This document shows positions 18,524 through 30,277 of a stretch of 64,000 nucleotides of DNA, one piece after another. The position numbers and the translations under genes were made by a program. Positions within the stretch are counted from its first letter, which is position 1; each line of letters starts with the position of its first letter. The notes under the pieces were generated by a model. The model did no database searches. It was not told the DNA's origin and worked only from the letters and a program-made list of their open reading frames with translations. Source of the stretch: an uncultured Actinomycetota bacterium (GTDB lineage Bacteria > Actinomycetota > Actinomycetes > Mycobacteriales > Mycobacteriaceae); contig CAWGXA010000014.1 in NCBI GenBank assembly GCA_963826365.1, positions 285 through 64,284 on the forward strand, given 5' to 3'.

Positions 18524-19479
18524 CGCATCGAAGCTGCTGGCTGCGAGCGGCCCAGATTGCTGCTCGAATCTCGCCCACCCATCGGCGCCGCGATCAACGT
18601 CAGCAGCGTCGCTTCGGGGCGACAGCAGAAGCGCACCGGCGCAAACGGTGAGGTGCCGATCCCCGCGGAGACATGCAACGCCATGTTGGCACCCCAGCGC
18701 GACGGCCCCTTGGCCCGCGACCGGTCCAGGCCGCAGTTGGTCACCAGAGCGCCGTAGAACGGCAGACACAGCTGTCCACCGTGGGTGTGGCCGGCCATCA
18801 CCAGCTGGTAGCCGTCGGCGGCGAAGCGGTCCAGAACTCGGGGTTCCGGCGAATGGACCAGCCCCAACCGCAGGTTCGCCGCCGCGCTGGCCGGTCCCGC
18901 GATGGCCTCGTAGCGGTCGCGCTTGATGTGCGGGTCGTCCACCCCCGCGGCGGCGATGTGCAAGCCAGCCACTTCGAGCTCACGACGGGTGTGGGTGAGG
19001 TCGAGCCAGCCGCGCTCGGTGAATGCCGCCCGCAGATCCTGCCAGGGCAGCGGCTCACCCCGGACCCGGTGCGACGGCTTGATCACGTAGTTCAACGGGT
19101 TCTTCAACCGCGGCCCGAAGTAATCGTTGCTGCCGAACACGAACACACCCGGCCGCGAGAGTAGATCGCCGAGCCCCTGGACGACCGCGGGCACTGCCTT
19201 GGGGTGCGCCAGGTTGTCCCCGGTGTTGACGACCAGATCGGGCTCCCAGCCGGCCAGCTCGCGCAGCCAGGCCTGTTTGCGGCGTTGGGCGGGCAGCATG
19301 TGGAGATCACTGAGATGCAGCACGCGCAGCGGCGTGGAGCCCGGCGTCAATACCGGCATGGTGATCTCGCGAAGGACGAACGCGTTGCGCTCGACAACCG
19401 CCGCGTAACCGACGCCAGCGACGGTCGAGCCGAGCGCAACAGCGCCGGTGCGTATCAGGGCGGGTAGAACATCGGCCAT
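18520..19479 (-). CDS. Metallophosphoesterase (Rv3683 ortholog)
   Basis: SDLH, TGDN, GSNDY, GHTHGGQ motifs. Confidence 0.9.
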   Translation of the reverse strand: MADVLPALIRTGAVALGSTVAGVGYAAVVERNAFVLREITMPVLTPGSTPLRVLHLSDLHMLPAQRRKQAWLRELAGWEPDLVVNTGDNLAHPKAVPAVVQGLGDLLSRPGVFVFGSNDYFGPRLKNPLNYVIKPSHRVRGEPLPWQDLRAAFTERGWLDLTHTRRELEVAGLHIAAAGVDDPHIKRDRYEAIAGPASAAANLRLGLVHSPEPRVLDRFAADGYQLVMAGHTHGGQLCLPFYGALVTNCGLDRSRAKGPSRWGANMALHVSAGIGTSPFAPVRFCCRPEATLLTLIAAPMGGRDSSSNLGRSQPAASMR

Positions 19480-19535
19480 GCGTGCAAGCCTACTGCTGGT
19501 GCAGGACTCAGGACGCATCTCCGGCGCCTGCGTGC

Positions 19536-21962
19536 CTAGGGAGGCCCTCCCGGCGGCGGCGGGGGCGGCGCCAGCAATGGAATGGTGATCGGCGGCAGGC
19601 CCGGAATTTCGACGACCTGTGAACCGATCGGCGCCGGTAGTCCGTCGGGCGGCGGCGGCGGAGGCGGCGGGATGCCGTTACTGGTTTGGATCGTGATGAT
19701 CGAACCGGGAATTGTTTGCCCAGTTGGCATGGTGCCGACCACTTCGCCGGCCTTTGCGGTGCTGTTGACGGCGTTGGGTTGGTCGGCGACCTGGAAGCCC
19801 GCATCCTTGAGGCGGGAGCGCGCCGCGTCCACATCGAGACCGGTCACGCTGGGCACTCGTCCCGCCGGTGAACCGTCGACGTAGCGAGGGTCGGTGGGCG
19901 GCAGTTGTATCGGCCCGAAACTCGTGGCGATCGGCTTCATCGCGGTGAACCAGGTGCGCGCCGGCTCGTTACCGCCGTACAAGTCGCCCTCGCCGCAATG
20001 CCGCAACGGGGATGAACACAAATCCGTTGGGTGGGTCGAGTCGTCGTAGATATAGTTCGCCGCGGCGTAATGGCTGGTGAAGCCGACGAAGCCGGAGGAT
20101 CGGTGGGCCTCGGTGGTCCCCGTCTTGCCCGACACCGGCAGATCCCAGCCTGCCGCGCCGGCCGAGCCCGCCGCCGTGCCACCGCCGGTCGCGTCCTTAC
20201 TCATCGCGTTGGCCAAGGTGTTCGCCAAACCCTCGGGCACCACCTGATCGCAGGTTTCGGTCGTCACGGCGACTTCATTGCCGTTGCGGTCGATCAGCTT
20301 GTCGATCGGGTTCGGCGGGCACCACACACCGCCGGAGGCCAAAGTGGCCGCGACATTGGACAGCTCCAGCGCATTCACCTCGATCGGGCCGAGCGTGAAC
20401 GAGCCGATGTTCTGGCGCTTGACGAAGTCGGCCAGGCTTTCGTTGCTGTCGGGGTTGTAGTCACGGGCGGTGCCTGGGTCGGCGTAAGAGCGCAGCCCGA
20501 GCTTGATCGCCATGTCCACCGTGCGGGTCACGCCGACCTGAGAAATCAGCTTGGCGAATGCGGTGTTGGGTGAGGTGGCCAGCGCGTCGGTCACGTTCAT
20601 CGAGCCTCGGTAGTTACCGGCGTTGATCACGCACCAGGTGTCCTTGGGGCATCCCTTGGCCCCACCACTACCCAGGCCCTTGGCCTGGAACCGTGAGGGC
20701 ACCTCGAGCGTGGCGTTGATGCCCATGCCCATGTCCAGCGCGGCGGCCGTGGTGAAGATCTTGAACACCGATCCCGCGCCGTCACCGACCAGCGAGAAGG
20801 GCTGCGGGCGCATGGTTTGACCGGCGTCGCTGTCCAGTCCGTAGGTGCGGTTGCTGGCCATCGCCATCACTTTGTGCGACGTCTTGCCGGGCTGGATCAC
20901 ACTCATCACGCTGGAGATACCCGGCAGGCTCGGGCTGGCGAACCTGTCGATGGACGTCTTGACCGGGATCTGCACGTCCGGGTCCAGCGTGGTGCGAATC
21001 AGGTAGCCGCCCCTGGATACCTGTTCCTTACTGATCCCGGCCCGGGACAAGTAGGACTGGACGTAATCGCAGAAGAAGGCGCGATCGCCGGCGGCGATGC
21101 AGCCGCGAGGCAGCTCGTTGGGCTGCGGCAAGATTCCCAGCGGTGTGGCCTTGGCGGCGCGTAGGGCGTCCGTTTCCTGGGGCAGATTGTCGATCATGGT
21201 GTCCAGCACCAGATTGCGTCGGGCCAGCGCTCCGTCGGGGTTGGTGTAGGGGTTGAGCGTGCTGGTCGACTGCACCATGCCGGCCAGTAGCGCCGCTTGC
21301 TGCCAATTCAGGTCGGACGCGTTGATGCCGAAGTAGGTCTGTGCGGCGTCCTGCACCCCGAACGAGCCATTGCCGAACGAGACAAGGTTCAGATAGCGGG
21401 TCAGGATCTCCGGCTTGGTGAAGGTTTTGTCCAGCGTGAGGGCCATGCGGATCTCGCGCAGCTTGCGTGCGGGAGTGGTCTCAATGGCTGCGCGCTTTTC
21501 GGCGTCGCTCTTGGCGGTGACCAACAACTGGTAGTTCTTCACGTATTGCTGCTCGATCGTCGAACCACCCCGGGTGTCGACGTCGCCGGACGCATAGCCC
21601 GCCAGGCCGGTCAGCGTGCCCTTCCAGTCCACCCCGTTGTGGTAGGCGAATCGTTTGTCTTCGATCGAGACGATCGCCAGCTTCATCGTGTTGGCGATCT
21701 TGTCGCCGGGCACCTCGAACCGGCGCTGCTCATACAGCCACGCGATGACGTTGCCCTTCGAGTCGACCATGGTCGACACGGCGGGCACCTGTGCCTCGAG
21801 AAGTTGGGCCGATCCGTTGGCGACCACTTCGGACGCCCGGTTGGACATCAGCCCAAGGCCGCCCGCGAAGGGGAACATCAGCGCCGTCGCGACAACACTG
21901 GCCAACAGACAGCACCCGGCCAGTTTGAGGACCGTGAGGATCGCCGGCGGCCGGTCTGACAT
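19536..21962 (-). CDS. ponA2: Bifunctional transglycosylase/transpeptidase PBP with PASTA domain
   Basis: EDKRF, GGSTIEQQYVKN, GSVFK, SPN, KTG, PASTA domain and Pro-rich tail. Confidence 0.95.
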   Translation of the reverse strand: MSDRPPAILTVLKLAGCCLLASVVATALMFPFAGGLGLMSNRASEVVANGSAQLLEAQVPAVSTMVDSKGNVIAWLYEQRRFEVPGDKIANTMKLAIVSIEDKRFAYHNGVDWKGTLTGLAGYASGDVDTRGGSTIEQQYVKNYQLLVTAKSDAEKRAAIETTPARKLREIRMALTLDKTFTKPEILTRYLNLVSFGNGSFGVQDAAQTYFGINASDLNWQQAALLAGMVQSTSTLNPYTNPDGALARRNLVLDTMIDNLPQETDALRAAKATPLGILPQPNELPRGCIAAGDRAFFCDYVQSYLSRAGISKEQVSRGGYLIRTTLDPDVQIPVKTSIDRFASPSLPGISSVMSVIQPGKTSHKVMAMASNRTYGLDSDAGQTMRPQPFSLVGDGAGSVFKIFTTAAALDMGMGINATLEVPSRFQAKGLGSGGAKGCPKDTWCVINAGNYRGSMNVTDALATSPNTAFAKLISQVGVTRTVDMAIKLGLRSYADPGTARDYNPDSNESLADFVKRQNIGSFTLGPIEVNALELSNVAATLASGGVWCPPNPIDKLIDRNGNEVAVTTETCDQVVPEGLANTLANAMSKDATGGGTAAGSAGAAGWDLPVSGKTGTTEAHRSSGFVGFTSHYAAANYIYDDSTHPTDLCSSPLRHCGEGDLYGGNEPARTWFTAMKPIATSFGPIQLPPTDPRYVDGSPAGRVPSVTGLDVDAARSRLKDAGFQVADQPNAVNSTAKAGEVVGTMPTGQTIPGSIITIQTSNGIPPPPPPPPDGLPAPIGSQVVEIPGLPPITIPLLAPPPPPPGGPP

Positions 21963-22347
21963 GCGTACTACAGTAGCGGCCCCCAGCGGCCCGGCCAGCG
22001 CCGTTTAGCTGCCCGCGCACGTGCTCTCACCGGCGCCCTGTCGGTCAGCACCTGGTGACCAGCCAACTTGCCGGTTCCGCCTGGATTGTTCGCCCGTGTT
22101 TCACTGCTCAGCCACCCAAATCGGGTAGTCCATAACATGCCCGGTTCTGCGCTAAGCTACGAGACGGCACGATCGTCCCACAAAAAGCGTTATGAGACTG
22201 TTGCGCAATTGCCACCTGACCACCTAACTTATACAGACGGTGAGATTCAGGTAACACCGATCTGCACAGTGTGGCGTGGATCGCAGGCGAAAGTCTGCAC
22301 CCGAGGAGGGCGGTCGCAAGCCGCGACCGGGAGGAAGGGAACAACTC

Positions 22348-22698
22348 GTGTCAGGAACACGATCGACAGCGCGTCGAACCAACATTTCGGCAGCACAGGG
22401 GGTACTGCACAGTGTTGACGCAGAAGAACGAATTGCCTGGGTATCTCAGGCGCTATGCCGGACCACCGACCCCGACGAACTATTCGTTCGGGGCGCTGCC
22501 CAGCGCAAGGCGGCAGTCATCTGCCGGCACTGCCCGGTAATGCAGGAATGCGGGGCAGACGCGCTGGACAACAAGGTTGAGTTCGGCGTTTGGGGAGGGA
22601 TGACCGAGCGGCAGCGCCGGGCCCTGCTCAAGCAGCACCCCGAGGTGTTGTCTTGGTCGGAGTTCTTCGACAAACGCAGGAACCGCGGCGTCAGCTAG
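22348..22698 (+). CDS. whiB4: WhiB-family Fe-S transcription factor WhiB4
   Basis: ALCRTTDPDELFV...CRHCPVMQEC...GVWGG; GTG start at 22348. Confidence 0.95.
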   Translation: MSGTRSTARRTNISAAQGVLHSVDAEERIAWVSQALCRTTDPDELFVRGAAQRKAAVICRHCPVMQECGADALDNKVEFGVWGGMTERQRRALLKQHPEVLSWSEFFDKRRNRGVS

Positions 22699-22994
22699 CT
22701 CCATTCACCACGGCATCTATCGCCACTGGCGGTAGTTCAGTCTGTCGTGAGCAATGCTCTCGCAAGCCCGACCTTCATCATTACGATACTGTTACAGCCC
22801 GGCCAGGGCAGCCCGGTACCTAACGGGTGTCCAATAGGACGGTCCGCGCCCGATTGGCTTGTACTGGATAGGAATTCGCAGCCCAGTCCCGGTTTGTTAC
22901 CGGAAGCGGGCATTCAGCCGCTTGGCGCGTAACGCGCAGCGACGTCTACAGCCACCGGTGTGGTGGCCGCTGCGCGCCCTGGTTGGCCGGCTGG

Positions 22995-24152
22995 TCAGCG
23001 ACCGGTTGCAGTGGCCGCATCGTCGCCCACCGCCGTGATCTGGTCGGCCAGCGCGCGCAGAGCTTCCAGGTCCGATACGTCGAACGGTAGCGACGGAACC
23101 CCGATGACCGGCACATTTGGGTTGGCGCCGGTGAATCGTGACAGCAGTCGGATCTCCCGCTTGGCGGTCTGGGCGCGGTCCGCGTGAATCTGTAGCACCG
23201 CGGCGGCCAGCGCCGCGGCCTCGGAGTCTTTCTCGGCCTCCAGCGTTTCGTTCCCGTCAATCGCGCGCTCGACCGGCAGCGAGCACAACATCGGGTGGGT
23301 GCGATTCAGGATGAGCCCCGCCAGCGGCATGCCCTCCTGCGACAGCCGATCAACGAAGAAGGATGCCTCACGCAAGGCGTCGGGTTCGGCCGCCGACACC
23401 ACAACGAACTGGGTACCGCGCCGTTTCAGCAGCGAATAGGTGCGGTCCGCCTTCTCGCGCCAACCGCCGAATGTGGCTTCCAATGATTGCACGAAAGATC
23501 CTATGTCACTGAGCAATTGCGAACCCATGATGGTCGACAGCGCCTTCATCGCCAACCCCATTGCGCCGGTGACCAACCGCCCGATGCCCCGGCCCGGCGC
23601 GAGTAACAGCCGCCACAGTCGGCTGTCCATGAAGCTGCCCAAGCGTTTTGGTGCGTCGAGGAAGTCCAGCGCGCTGCGCGACGGGGGAGTATCCACCACG
23701 ATCAGATCCCAGCGATCCTGCGCCAGCAGTTGGCCGAGCTTCTCCATCGCCATGTACTCCTGCGTGCCGGCGAGCGACGTGGCGACGGTCTGGTAGAACT
23801 GGTTGTTCAGCAGCGCCTGTGCCCGCTCTGGGCCGGAGTATTGCATCACCATTTCGTCGAAGGTGCGACGCATATCGAGCATCATGGCGTGCAGCTCGCC
23901 GGGCACCTCGGGTGCTAGGGGGACCCGTTGCGGGGTGTTGCCGAGGTCGCTGACGCCCAGCGCTTGAGCCAGTCGTTTAGCCGGGTCAATCGTCAAAACA
24001 CAGACAGTGCGGCCATATTCGGCCGCCCGCAGCGCGATCGCGGCCGCCGTGGTGGTCTTGCCGACACCGCCGGCTCCACAGCACACCACGACCCGGTTGG
24101 CTGTGTCGGCCAAGATTGCGGCCATATCAAGTGTTTTCGGCGTGACGCTCAT
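22995..24152 (-). CDS. ArsA/Get3-like ATPase (Rv3680 ortholog)
   Basis: [20 protein letters not shown]. Confidence 0.9.
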   Translation of the reverse strand: MSVTPKTLDMAAILADTANRVVVCCGAGGVGKTTTAAAIALRAAEYGRTVCVLTIDPAKRLAQALGVSDLGNTPQRVPLAPEVPGELHAMMLDMRRTFDEMVMQYSGPERAQALLNNQFYQTVATSLAGTQEYMAMEKLGQLLAQDRWDLIVVDTPPSRSALDFLDAPKRLGSFMDSRLWRLLLAPGRGIGRLVTGAMGLAMKALSTIMGSQLLSDIGSFVQSLEATFGGWREKADRTYSLLKRRGTQFVVVSAAEPDALREASFFVDRLSQEGMPLAGLILNRTHPMLCSLPVERAIDGNETLEAEKDSEAAALAAAVLQIHADRAQTAKREIRLLSRFTGANPNVPVIGVPSLPFDVSDLEALRALADQITAVGDDAATATGR

Positions 24153-25171
24153 CGAACTCCCTGCTGTGCAAGAGATTCCGACAGTTCGTAGAGGCTGCCG
24201 AGGTCGACGCCGTCGGAGATGGCGGGCAGCTCCAGTCGCGGCACCTTGAGTGCGTCGAGCTGTTGCGCGCTCTCGGCCCGTGCGGCGATGCGGGTGGCGT
24301 GCTGGATCGTTTCGGTCAGCAAGCCGGCGAAGTCGGTGTCGTTGAGGTCGATTCCGGCCTGTTTCAATCCGGCCCGCACCGAGTCTGCGTCGATATCGCC
24401 CTCCGCGGCCTTGGCCAGGTCGCGCGGCTCCAAATACGTCGGGATATTGCGGTTCACGATCACACTCCCGATCGGCAGCTCCAGCCCGGAGAGCTCCTCG
24501 ATGGCTTCCATGGTCTCCTGCACCGGCAGCGTTTCCAGCAGAGTCACCAGGTGAATAGCGGTCTTGTCGGAGTGCAGCAGCTTCACCACGCCGTCGGCCT
24601 GCGAGTGCACCGGCCCACCCTTGGCCAAGTCGGACACCGCCTTCGTGGTGTCCAGGAAGCGCGAGATCCGGCCCGTCGGTGGGGAATCGACGACAATCGC
24701 GTCGTAAACCGGGAGCTTGTTCTTGTCGAGGCGCACCACCGCCTCCTTGATCTTGCCGGTGAGCAGCACATCGCGCAGGCCGGGTGCGATCGTCGTGGCG
24801 AACTCGACCGCGCCAATTCGGCGCATCGCGCGTCCGGCGAGACCGAGGTTGTAGAACATGTCGAGATATTCCAGAAACGCGGCCTCGATGTCGATCGCCA
24901 GGGCGTTGACCTGGCCGCCGCGCTCGGCGGTCGCGATCTTGACCTCTTGGTAGGGCAGCGGTGGAACGTCGAAGAGCTGCGCAATCCCTTGGCGCCCCTC
25001 GACTTCGACGAGCAGGACTTTGCGGCCTCCGGCTGCCAGCGTGAGCGCGAGCGCGGCCGCAACCGTCGATTTACCGGTACCGCCTTTGCCGGTCACGAAA
25101 TGCACGCGGGCCTTCGACAGGCGTGCCGGCCAGCCGACGGAGCTACCGCCGCTCGATGTGGTTGCCACCAT
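24149..25171 (-). CDS. ArsA/Get3-like ATPase (Rv3679 ortholog)
   Basis: [15 protein letters not shown]. Confidence 0.9.
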   Translation of the reverse strand: MVATTSSGGSSVGWPARLSKARVHFVTGKGGTGKSTVAAALALTLAAGGRKVLLVEVEGRQGIAQLFDVPPLPYQEVKIATAERGGQVNALAIDIEAAFLEYLDMFYNLGLAGRAMRRIGAVEFATTIAPGLRDVLLTGKIKEAVVRLDKNKLPVYDAIVVDSPPTGRISRFLDTTKAVSDLAKGGPVHSQADGVVKLLHSDKTAIHLVTLLETLPVQETMEAIEELSGLELPIGSVIVNRNIPTYLEPRDLAKAAEGDIDADSVRAGLKQAGIDLNDTDFAGLLTETIQHATRIAARAESAQQLDALKVPRLELPAISDGVDLGSLYELSESLAQQGVR

Positions 25172-25300
25172 CGCATGCTAGCCCGAGCGCCGTGTCGCTC
25201 CGGCGGATCGGGTGGACTACCTCAATGCGGTCAATTGACTTGCTCCTGGGTTGGCCAGAGCCGTGCCTAGGCTCTCGAAGGCGACCGATAAGCTCGCGTC

Positions 25301-25462
25301 ATGAGCCAACCGACCGCGTGGGAGTACGCCACGGTGCCCTTGCTGACGCATGCCACCAAACAGATCCTCGACCAGTGGGGCGCCGACGGCTGGGAGCTGG
25401 TGTCGGTTTTGCAGGGACCCACCGGCGAGCAGCACGTTGCCTATCTGAAGCGCCCGAAGTAG
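25301..25462 (+). CDS. DUF4177 small protein (Rv3678A ortholog); not in the ORF track
   Basis: MSQPTAWEYATVPLLTHATKQILDQWGADGWELVSV...YLKRPK, 53 aa; leaderless behind TAAGCT. Confidence 0.85.
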   Translation: MSQPTAWEYATVPLLTHATKQILDQWGADGWELVSVLQGPTGEQHVAYLKRPK

Positions 25463-25470
25463 GTCGCCTC

Positions 25471-25926
25471 ATGACCGCGTCAGCCCGGCTCGCGCAGATC
25501 GGTATTTCGCTTCCCGAGGTGGTTGCGCCGCTGGCTTCATATCTTCCGGCGAAGCGCACCGGCAACCTGGTTTACACCGCCGGGCAGCTGCCGATGCAGG
25601 GCGGCAAGTTGGCAGGCACCGGCAAGGTCGGCGCCGAGGTCAGCCCCGAGGAGGCCAAGGCGCTGGCACGGCTGTGCGCGCTCAATGCGTTGGCGGCAGT
25701 GCATTCCGTGGTCGACATCGATTCGGTGACTCAGGTAGTCAAGGTCGTCGGCTTCGTCGCCTCCGCCCCCGGCTTCAATGGTCAGCCAGGCGTCATCAAC
25801 GGGGCCTCCGAGTTCCTCGGCGAGGTGTTCGGTGACAGCGGCACGCATGCGCGCTCGGCGGTCGGAGTTTCCGAGCTGCCACTGGACGCACCGGTGGAAG
25901 TCGAGCTGATCGTGGAGGTTGGCTGA
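25471..25926 (+). CDS. RidA/YjgF family protein (Rv3678c ortholog)
   Basis: [37 protein letters not shown]. Confidence 0.9.
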   Translation: MTASARLAQIGISLPEVVAPLASYLPAKRTGNLVYTAGQLPMQGGKLAGTGKVGAEVSPEEAKALARLCALNALAAVHSVVDIDSVTQVVKVVGFVASAPGFNGQPGVINGASEFLGEVFGDSGTHARSAVGVSELPLDAPVEVELIVEVG

Positions 25927-25931
25927 CGGTC

Positions 25932-26723
25932 GTGACCGACACCGCGGAGTCGTTGACCCATCCCGCATACGCCAGGCTGCGGGCGGTTACCGACACGGCC
26001 TCGGTGCTGTTGGCCGACAATCCCGGATTGATGACGCTTGAGGGCACCAATACTTGGGTGCTGCGTGGGCCGCGCAGCGATGAGCTGGTGATTATCGATC
26101 CCGGACCCGATGACGACGAACATATCGCCCGGGTTGCCGGGCTGGGCCGTATCGCGTTGGTGTTGATCAGCCATCGGCACGGCGACCACACCGATGGCAT
26201 CGACAAGCTCGTCGAGCTGACCGGGGCCACGGTGCGGTCGGCCGGCAGTGGCTTTTGCCGCGGCATGGGTGGCGAACTGGTCGATGGCGAGGTGATCGAC
26301 GCCGCGGGCCTGAAGATCAAAGTGATGGCGACGCCCGGCCATACCGCCGACTCGCTGTCGTTTCTCACCGAAGACGCCGTGCTGACCGCGGACACCGTGT
26401 TGGGGCGTGGCACCACCGTCATCGACAACGAAGACGGCAGCCTGACCGATTACCTGGAATCCCTGCACCGGCTCGGCGGCCTGGGCCGTCGCGTCGTGTT
26501 GCCCGGACATGGGCCCGATTTGCCCAGCCTGGAAGCCGTCATCGCCGAATACCTGGCGCACCGCGAGCAACGCCTGGATCAGGTGCGCGCCGCGTTAAAG
26601 GACCTTGGCGACGACGCCACTGCCCGCCAGATCGTCGAACACGTCTACACCGACGTTGACGAAAAGTTGTGGGACGCGGCCGAATGGTCGGTTCAGGCGC
26701 AATTGGACTACTTGCACCAGTAG
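25932..26723 (+). CDS. Metallo-beta-lactamase-fold hydrolase (Rv3677c ortholog)
   Basis: [22 protein letters not shown]. Confidence 0.9.
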   Translation: MTDTAESLTHPAYARLRAVTDTASVLLADNPGLMTLEGTNTWVLRGPRSDELVIIDPGPDDDEHIARVAGLGRIALVLISHRHGDHTDGIDKLVELTGATVRSAGSGFCRGMGGELVDGEVIDAAGLKIKVMATPGHTADSLSFLTEDAVLTADTVLGRGTTVIDNEDGSLTDYLESLHRLGGLGRRVVLPGHGPDLPSLEAVIAEYLAHREQRLDQVRAALKDLGDDATARQIVEHVYTDVDEKLWDAAEWSVQAQLDYLHQ

Positions 26724-26756
26724 TCCTTAACTCGCGCGCCCGCAGGACGTCCGCGC

Positions 26757-27431
26757 TTACCTCGCTCGGCGGGCCAGCCGTTCGGAGTCCGAAATCAGCA
26801 CACTCTTGCCCTCCAGCCGGATCCAGCCGCGGTGGGCGAAATCGGCCAGCGCCTTGTTCACCGTTTCCCGAGAAGCGCCCACCAACTGGGCAATCTCCTC
26901 TTGTGTCAGGTCGTGGGTGACCCGCATGGCGCCGCCCTCCTGGGTGCCGAAACGCTGCGCGAGTTGCAACAGCTGCTTAGCCACCCGGCCCGGCACGTCG
27001 GTGAAGATGAGGTCGGCCAGATTGTTGTTGGTCCGCCGCAGCCGCCGGGCCAGCACCCGCAACAGCTGCTCAGCAATCTCAGGACGGTCGGCGATCCATG
27101 CCCGAAGGGCGTCGCGGTCCATCGATACCGCTCGCACCTCAGTGATGGTGGTGGCGCTGGACGTCCGCGGCCCCGGGTCGAAGATGGACAACTCGCCGAA
27201 CATGTCCGACGGGCCCATAATCGTCAGTAGGTTCTCTCGGCCGTCGGGTGATCGCCGACCGATTTTCACCTTTCCCGTGACGATGATGTAGAGCCGGTCG
27301 CCCGGCTCCCCTTCCGCAAAAACGGTGTGCCCCCGGGGGAAGTCGACGGGTTGTAGTTGCTTGGTCAGTGCGGCGACTGCACCGGGTTCAACCCCCTGGA
27401 AGATTCCTGCCCTAGCCAGGATCTCGTCCAC
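26757..27431 (-). CDS. crp: cAMP receptor protein
   Basis: [37 protein letters not shown]. Confidence 0.97.
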   Translation of the reverse strand: MDEILARAGIFQGVEPGAVAALTKQLQPVDFPRGHTVFAEGEPGDRLYIIVTGKVKIGRRSPDGRENLLTIMGPSDMFGELSIFDPGPRTSSATTITEVRAVSMDRDALRAWIADRPEIAEQLLRVLARRLRRTNNNLADLIFTDVPGRVAKQLLQLAQRFGTQEGGAMRVTHDLTQEEIAQLVGASRETVNKALADFAHRGWIRLEGKSVLISDSERLARRAR

Positions 27432-27528
27432 GTTGCCTCTTCAGCTTTCCAACGATGTGATATGGCAGGCCAACCCCTTAGCCATTAGTGATCGTAGAGG
27501 GAGGCCAATGTCGTCCAACGTGCCAACG

Positions 27529-27933
27529 CTACACACGATTGACGTGTCTAGTCGCCTCAAATTGCGGATTTGCGCGCGAATGCGCGTGTATCCGCGTCGG
27601 TAATAATCTGCCAGTGCTGGGGTCGGTGACGCTAATGGCAAACATCGAGTCGGCGTGATGCCGTCCCGTCAGCGCCCGGGGCTGTGCCGATTCGGCGAGT
27701 TGCTGAGCCTCACGTTGATGCAGGTATTCCAGCGCCTCGGTGATGCCTTCCCGGGCCAGCGTGCGCATATCGACAGCCTGCGTTTGCTCGAGAAACTCGT
27801 CGACGTCGGCCGTCGCGACCGACGTACGGGCAAGCTCTCTTTCGAGCCGCCCCAGCCCGAGAGCCGCCAGCATCAGTAGCCCGGGAATCAGGGCCACCAG
27901 CAACCAAGACACAAGGAGAGTAAACATGCCCAA
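27529..27933 (-). CDS. Small membrane protein (Rv3675 ortholog)
   Basis: N-terminal TM helix, synteny; start may be 27927. Confidence 0.7.
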   Translation of the reverse strand: MGMFTLLVSWLLVALIPGLLMLAALGLGRLERELARTSVATADVDEFLEQTQAVDMRTLAREGITEALEYLHQREAQQLAESAQPRALTGRHHADSMFAISVTDPSTGRLLPTRIHAHSRANPQFEATRHVNRV

Positions 27934-27971
27934 GGTCTCAGCGAGATCACGAAATCAGTACTCTGTCGTAG

Positions 27972-28769
27972 GTGACCGTGGCCAAGTCGTCTGGGCGCGC
28001 TAAATCGGCGCCGGCCACCACTGATCCCGCACTTGCCCGGCGCTGGTCGCAGGAAAGTCGCGCCGGTTTGGTGCGTCGCGCGCGCCGGATGAATCGCACA
28101 CTGGCTCAGGCCTTTCCGGACGCTCACTGCGAGCTGGATTTCCGGACGCCGCTGGAGTTGACGGTGGCCACCATTCTTTCGGCGCAGAGCACCGATAAAC
28201 GGGTGAACTTGACGACGCCGGCATTGTTCGCCCGATATTCATCGGCGGTGGATTATGCGCAAGCGGACCGCGCCGAACTGGAAGAACTCATCCGCCCCAC
28301 CGGCTTCTTTCGGAACAAGGCGTCCTCGCTGATTGGTCTGGGCCAAGCCTTGGTCGAACGATTCGGCGGCGAGGTGCCGTCGACCATGGCCGACCTCGTG
28401 ACGCTGCCTGGAGTGGGGCGCAAGACCGCAAACGTCGTCTTGGGGAACGCCTTCGATGTCCCGGGGATCACCGTCGACACCCATTTCGGACGGCTGGTGC
28501 GCAGGTGGCGCTGGACCGCCGAGGAGGACCCGGTCAAGGTGGAGCACGCCGTCGGTGAATTGATCGAGCGCAAAGAGTGGACCCTGCTCAGCCATCGAGT
28601 GATCTTTCACGGCCGCCGGGTGTGTCACGCCCGCAAGCCCGCATGCGGCGTCTGTCTGCTGGCTAAAGATTGCCCGTCGTTTGGCCTTGGTCCCACCGAT
28701 CCGATGCTGGCCGCGCCACTTGTGCAGGGCCCGGAAACCGAGCACTTGCTGGCTTTGGCCGGGATGTGA
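27972..28769 (+). CDS. nth: Endonuclease III
   Basis: LSAQSTD, Hh[11 protein letters not shown]-x6-C-x2-C-x5-C Fe-S motif. Confidence 0.95.
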   Translation: MTVAKSSGRAKSAPATTDPALARRWSQESRAGLVRRARRMNRTLAQAFPDAHCELDFRTPLELTVATILSAQSTDKRVNLTTPALFARYSSAVDYAQADRAELEELIRPTGFFRNKASSLIGLGQALVERFGGEVPSTMADLVTLPGVGRKTANVVLGNAFDVPGITVDTHFGRLVRRWRWTAEEDPVKVEHAVGELIERKEWTLLSHRVIFHGRRVCHARKPACGVCLLAKDCPSFGLGPTDPMLAAPLVQGPETEHLLALAGM

Positions 28770-28785
28770 CGCGGGGCCGGCGCGG

Positions 28786-29421
28786 GTGACTACCCGAACC
28801 CGCTGGACAGTCGCGATCTTGGCGGTGGTGGCCGCGCTGACCGTGGCGCTGGTGACCCAGTTGCGGGACAACTCCTCGCAGACCGCCACCAGCGGCCCCA
28901 CCACCGCTCGCGAACACCGCGACGCCGACACGCCTGCCGCGCTTGCCGGACCGCGTCAGCGGGCGAACCTGCCGCCCTGTCCGGCCGCCGGCGATGGCCC
29001 CGGTCCGCCTGCGCTGCGCGGCGTGCTTGCGGAATGCGCCGCTGACGGATCAACCGTCGACGTCGCCCGGGCATTGGCCGGCCGCCGCGTGGTCCTTAAC
29101 TTGTGGGCCTATTGGTGTGTGCCGTGCGCGGCAGAACTGCCCGCGATGGCCGAGTATCAGCGACGGGTCGGGTCTGACGTGATCGTGGTGACGGTGCACC
29201 AGGACGAGAACGAAACGGCCGCATTGCTGCGGCTGGCCGAGCTCGGTGTTCGGCTGCCCACCCTGCAGGACGGTCGTCGGCTGATCGCGGCGGCATTGCG
29301 GGTGGCAAATGTGGTGCCCGCGACGGTGGTGCTGCGGTCGGACGGTAGCGTTGCGCAGACGCTGCTGCGCGATTTCGCGAGTGCCGACGAGATCGCTGCG
29401 GCGGTCGGGAACGACGTATGA
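28786..29421 (+). CDS. Membrane-anchored thioredoxin-like/TlpA protein (Rv3673c ortholog)
   Basis: N-terminal TM, NLWAYWCVPC CxxC. Confidence 0.85.
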   Translation: MTTRTRWTVAILAVVAALTVALVTQLRDNSSQTATSGPTTAREHRDADTPAALAGPRQRANLPPCPAAGDGPGPPALRGVLAECAADGSTVDVARALAGRRVVLNLWAYWCVPCAAELPAMAEYQRRVGSDVIVVTVHQDENETAALLRLAELGVRLPTLQDGRRLIAAALRVANVVPATVVLRSDGSVAQTLLRDFASADEIAAAVGNDV

Positions 29422-29476
29422 GCGAGCTCGGCGGCCCGAAATAGGCTGGGCAGGTGGGCCCGACAAGGAGGCGCCG

Positions 29477-30277
29477 GTGAGTGCTGGAGGTACGCCCCCG
29501 CAAGCGGGAGGGGCCCCCACCCGCCCGCGAGGGACGGTTCCTCTGACGCCGGACGTCTGCCCGTCCTGGCTGCGTCCATTGGTAGACAACGTCGGTCAGA
29601 TCCCTGAGGCATTACGGCGCCGGCTACCGCCGGATGTGTTGGAGATGCTGACGACGGCCAGGGGAGGGGCTTCCGAGCGGGAGGCCGCAGTGCTGGTGTT
29701 GTTTTCGGGCCCGGAGTTCGGGCCGGCCGACGGCGGCTTCCCGGACGAGGCCGATCTGTTGCTCACCGTGCGCGCGTCGTCGCTGCGCCACCATGCGGGC
29801 CAGGCGGCATTTCCCGGAGGCGCATCCGATCCGACTGACGACGGGCCGGTTGGGACCGCGCTACGGGAAGCGCACGAAGAGACCGGCATCGACGTCAGCC
29901 GGCTGCACCCGTTGGTCACCATGGAGCGCACCTTCATTGCGCCATCGCAGTTCGAGGTCATCCCGGTCTTGGCCTATTCGCCCGATCCGGGGCCGGTGGC
30001 CGTCGTGAACCACGCCGAGACTGCGATCGTGTCGCGGGTTCCGGTGCGCGCCTTCATCAATCCGGACAACCGGCTGATGGTGTATCGCGGCGATCTTGGA
30101 CAGCGTTGGGCCGGGCCGGCGTTCCTGTTGAACCAGATGCTGGTTTGGGGATTCACTGGCCAGGTGATTTCTGCGGTGCTCGACGTTGCCGGCTGGGCTA
30201 AGCCGTGGGATACCAACGACCTCCGCGAGCTGGACGAGGCGATGACATTGGTCGGCGACCACGGCGGCGCGCGATGA
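29477..30277 (+). CDS. Nudix CoA pyrophosphatase (Rv3672c ortholog)
   Basis: HAGQAAFPGG...ALREAHEETG Nudix box; AAGGAGG SD before GTG 29477. Confidence 0.9.
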   Translation: MSAGGTPPQAGGAPTRPRGTVPLTPDVCPSWLRPLVDNVGQIPEALRRRLPPDVLEMLTTARGGASEREAAVLVLFSGPEFGPADGGFPDEADLLLTVRASSLRHHAGQAAFPGGASDPTDDGPVGTALREAHEETGIDVSRLHPLVTMERTFIAPSQFEVIPVLAYSPDPGPVAVVNHAETAIVSRVPVRAFINPDNRLMVYRGDLGQRWAGPAFLLNQMLVWGFTGQVISAVLDVAGWAKPWDTNDLRELDEAMTLVGDHGGAR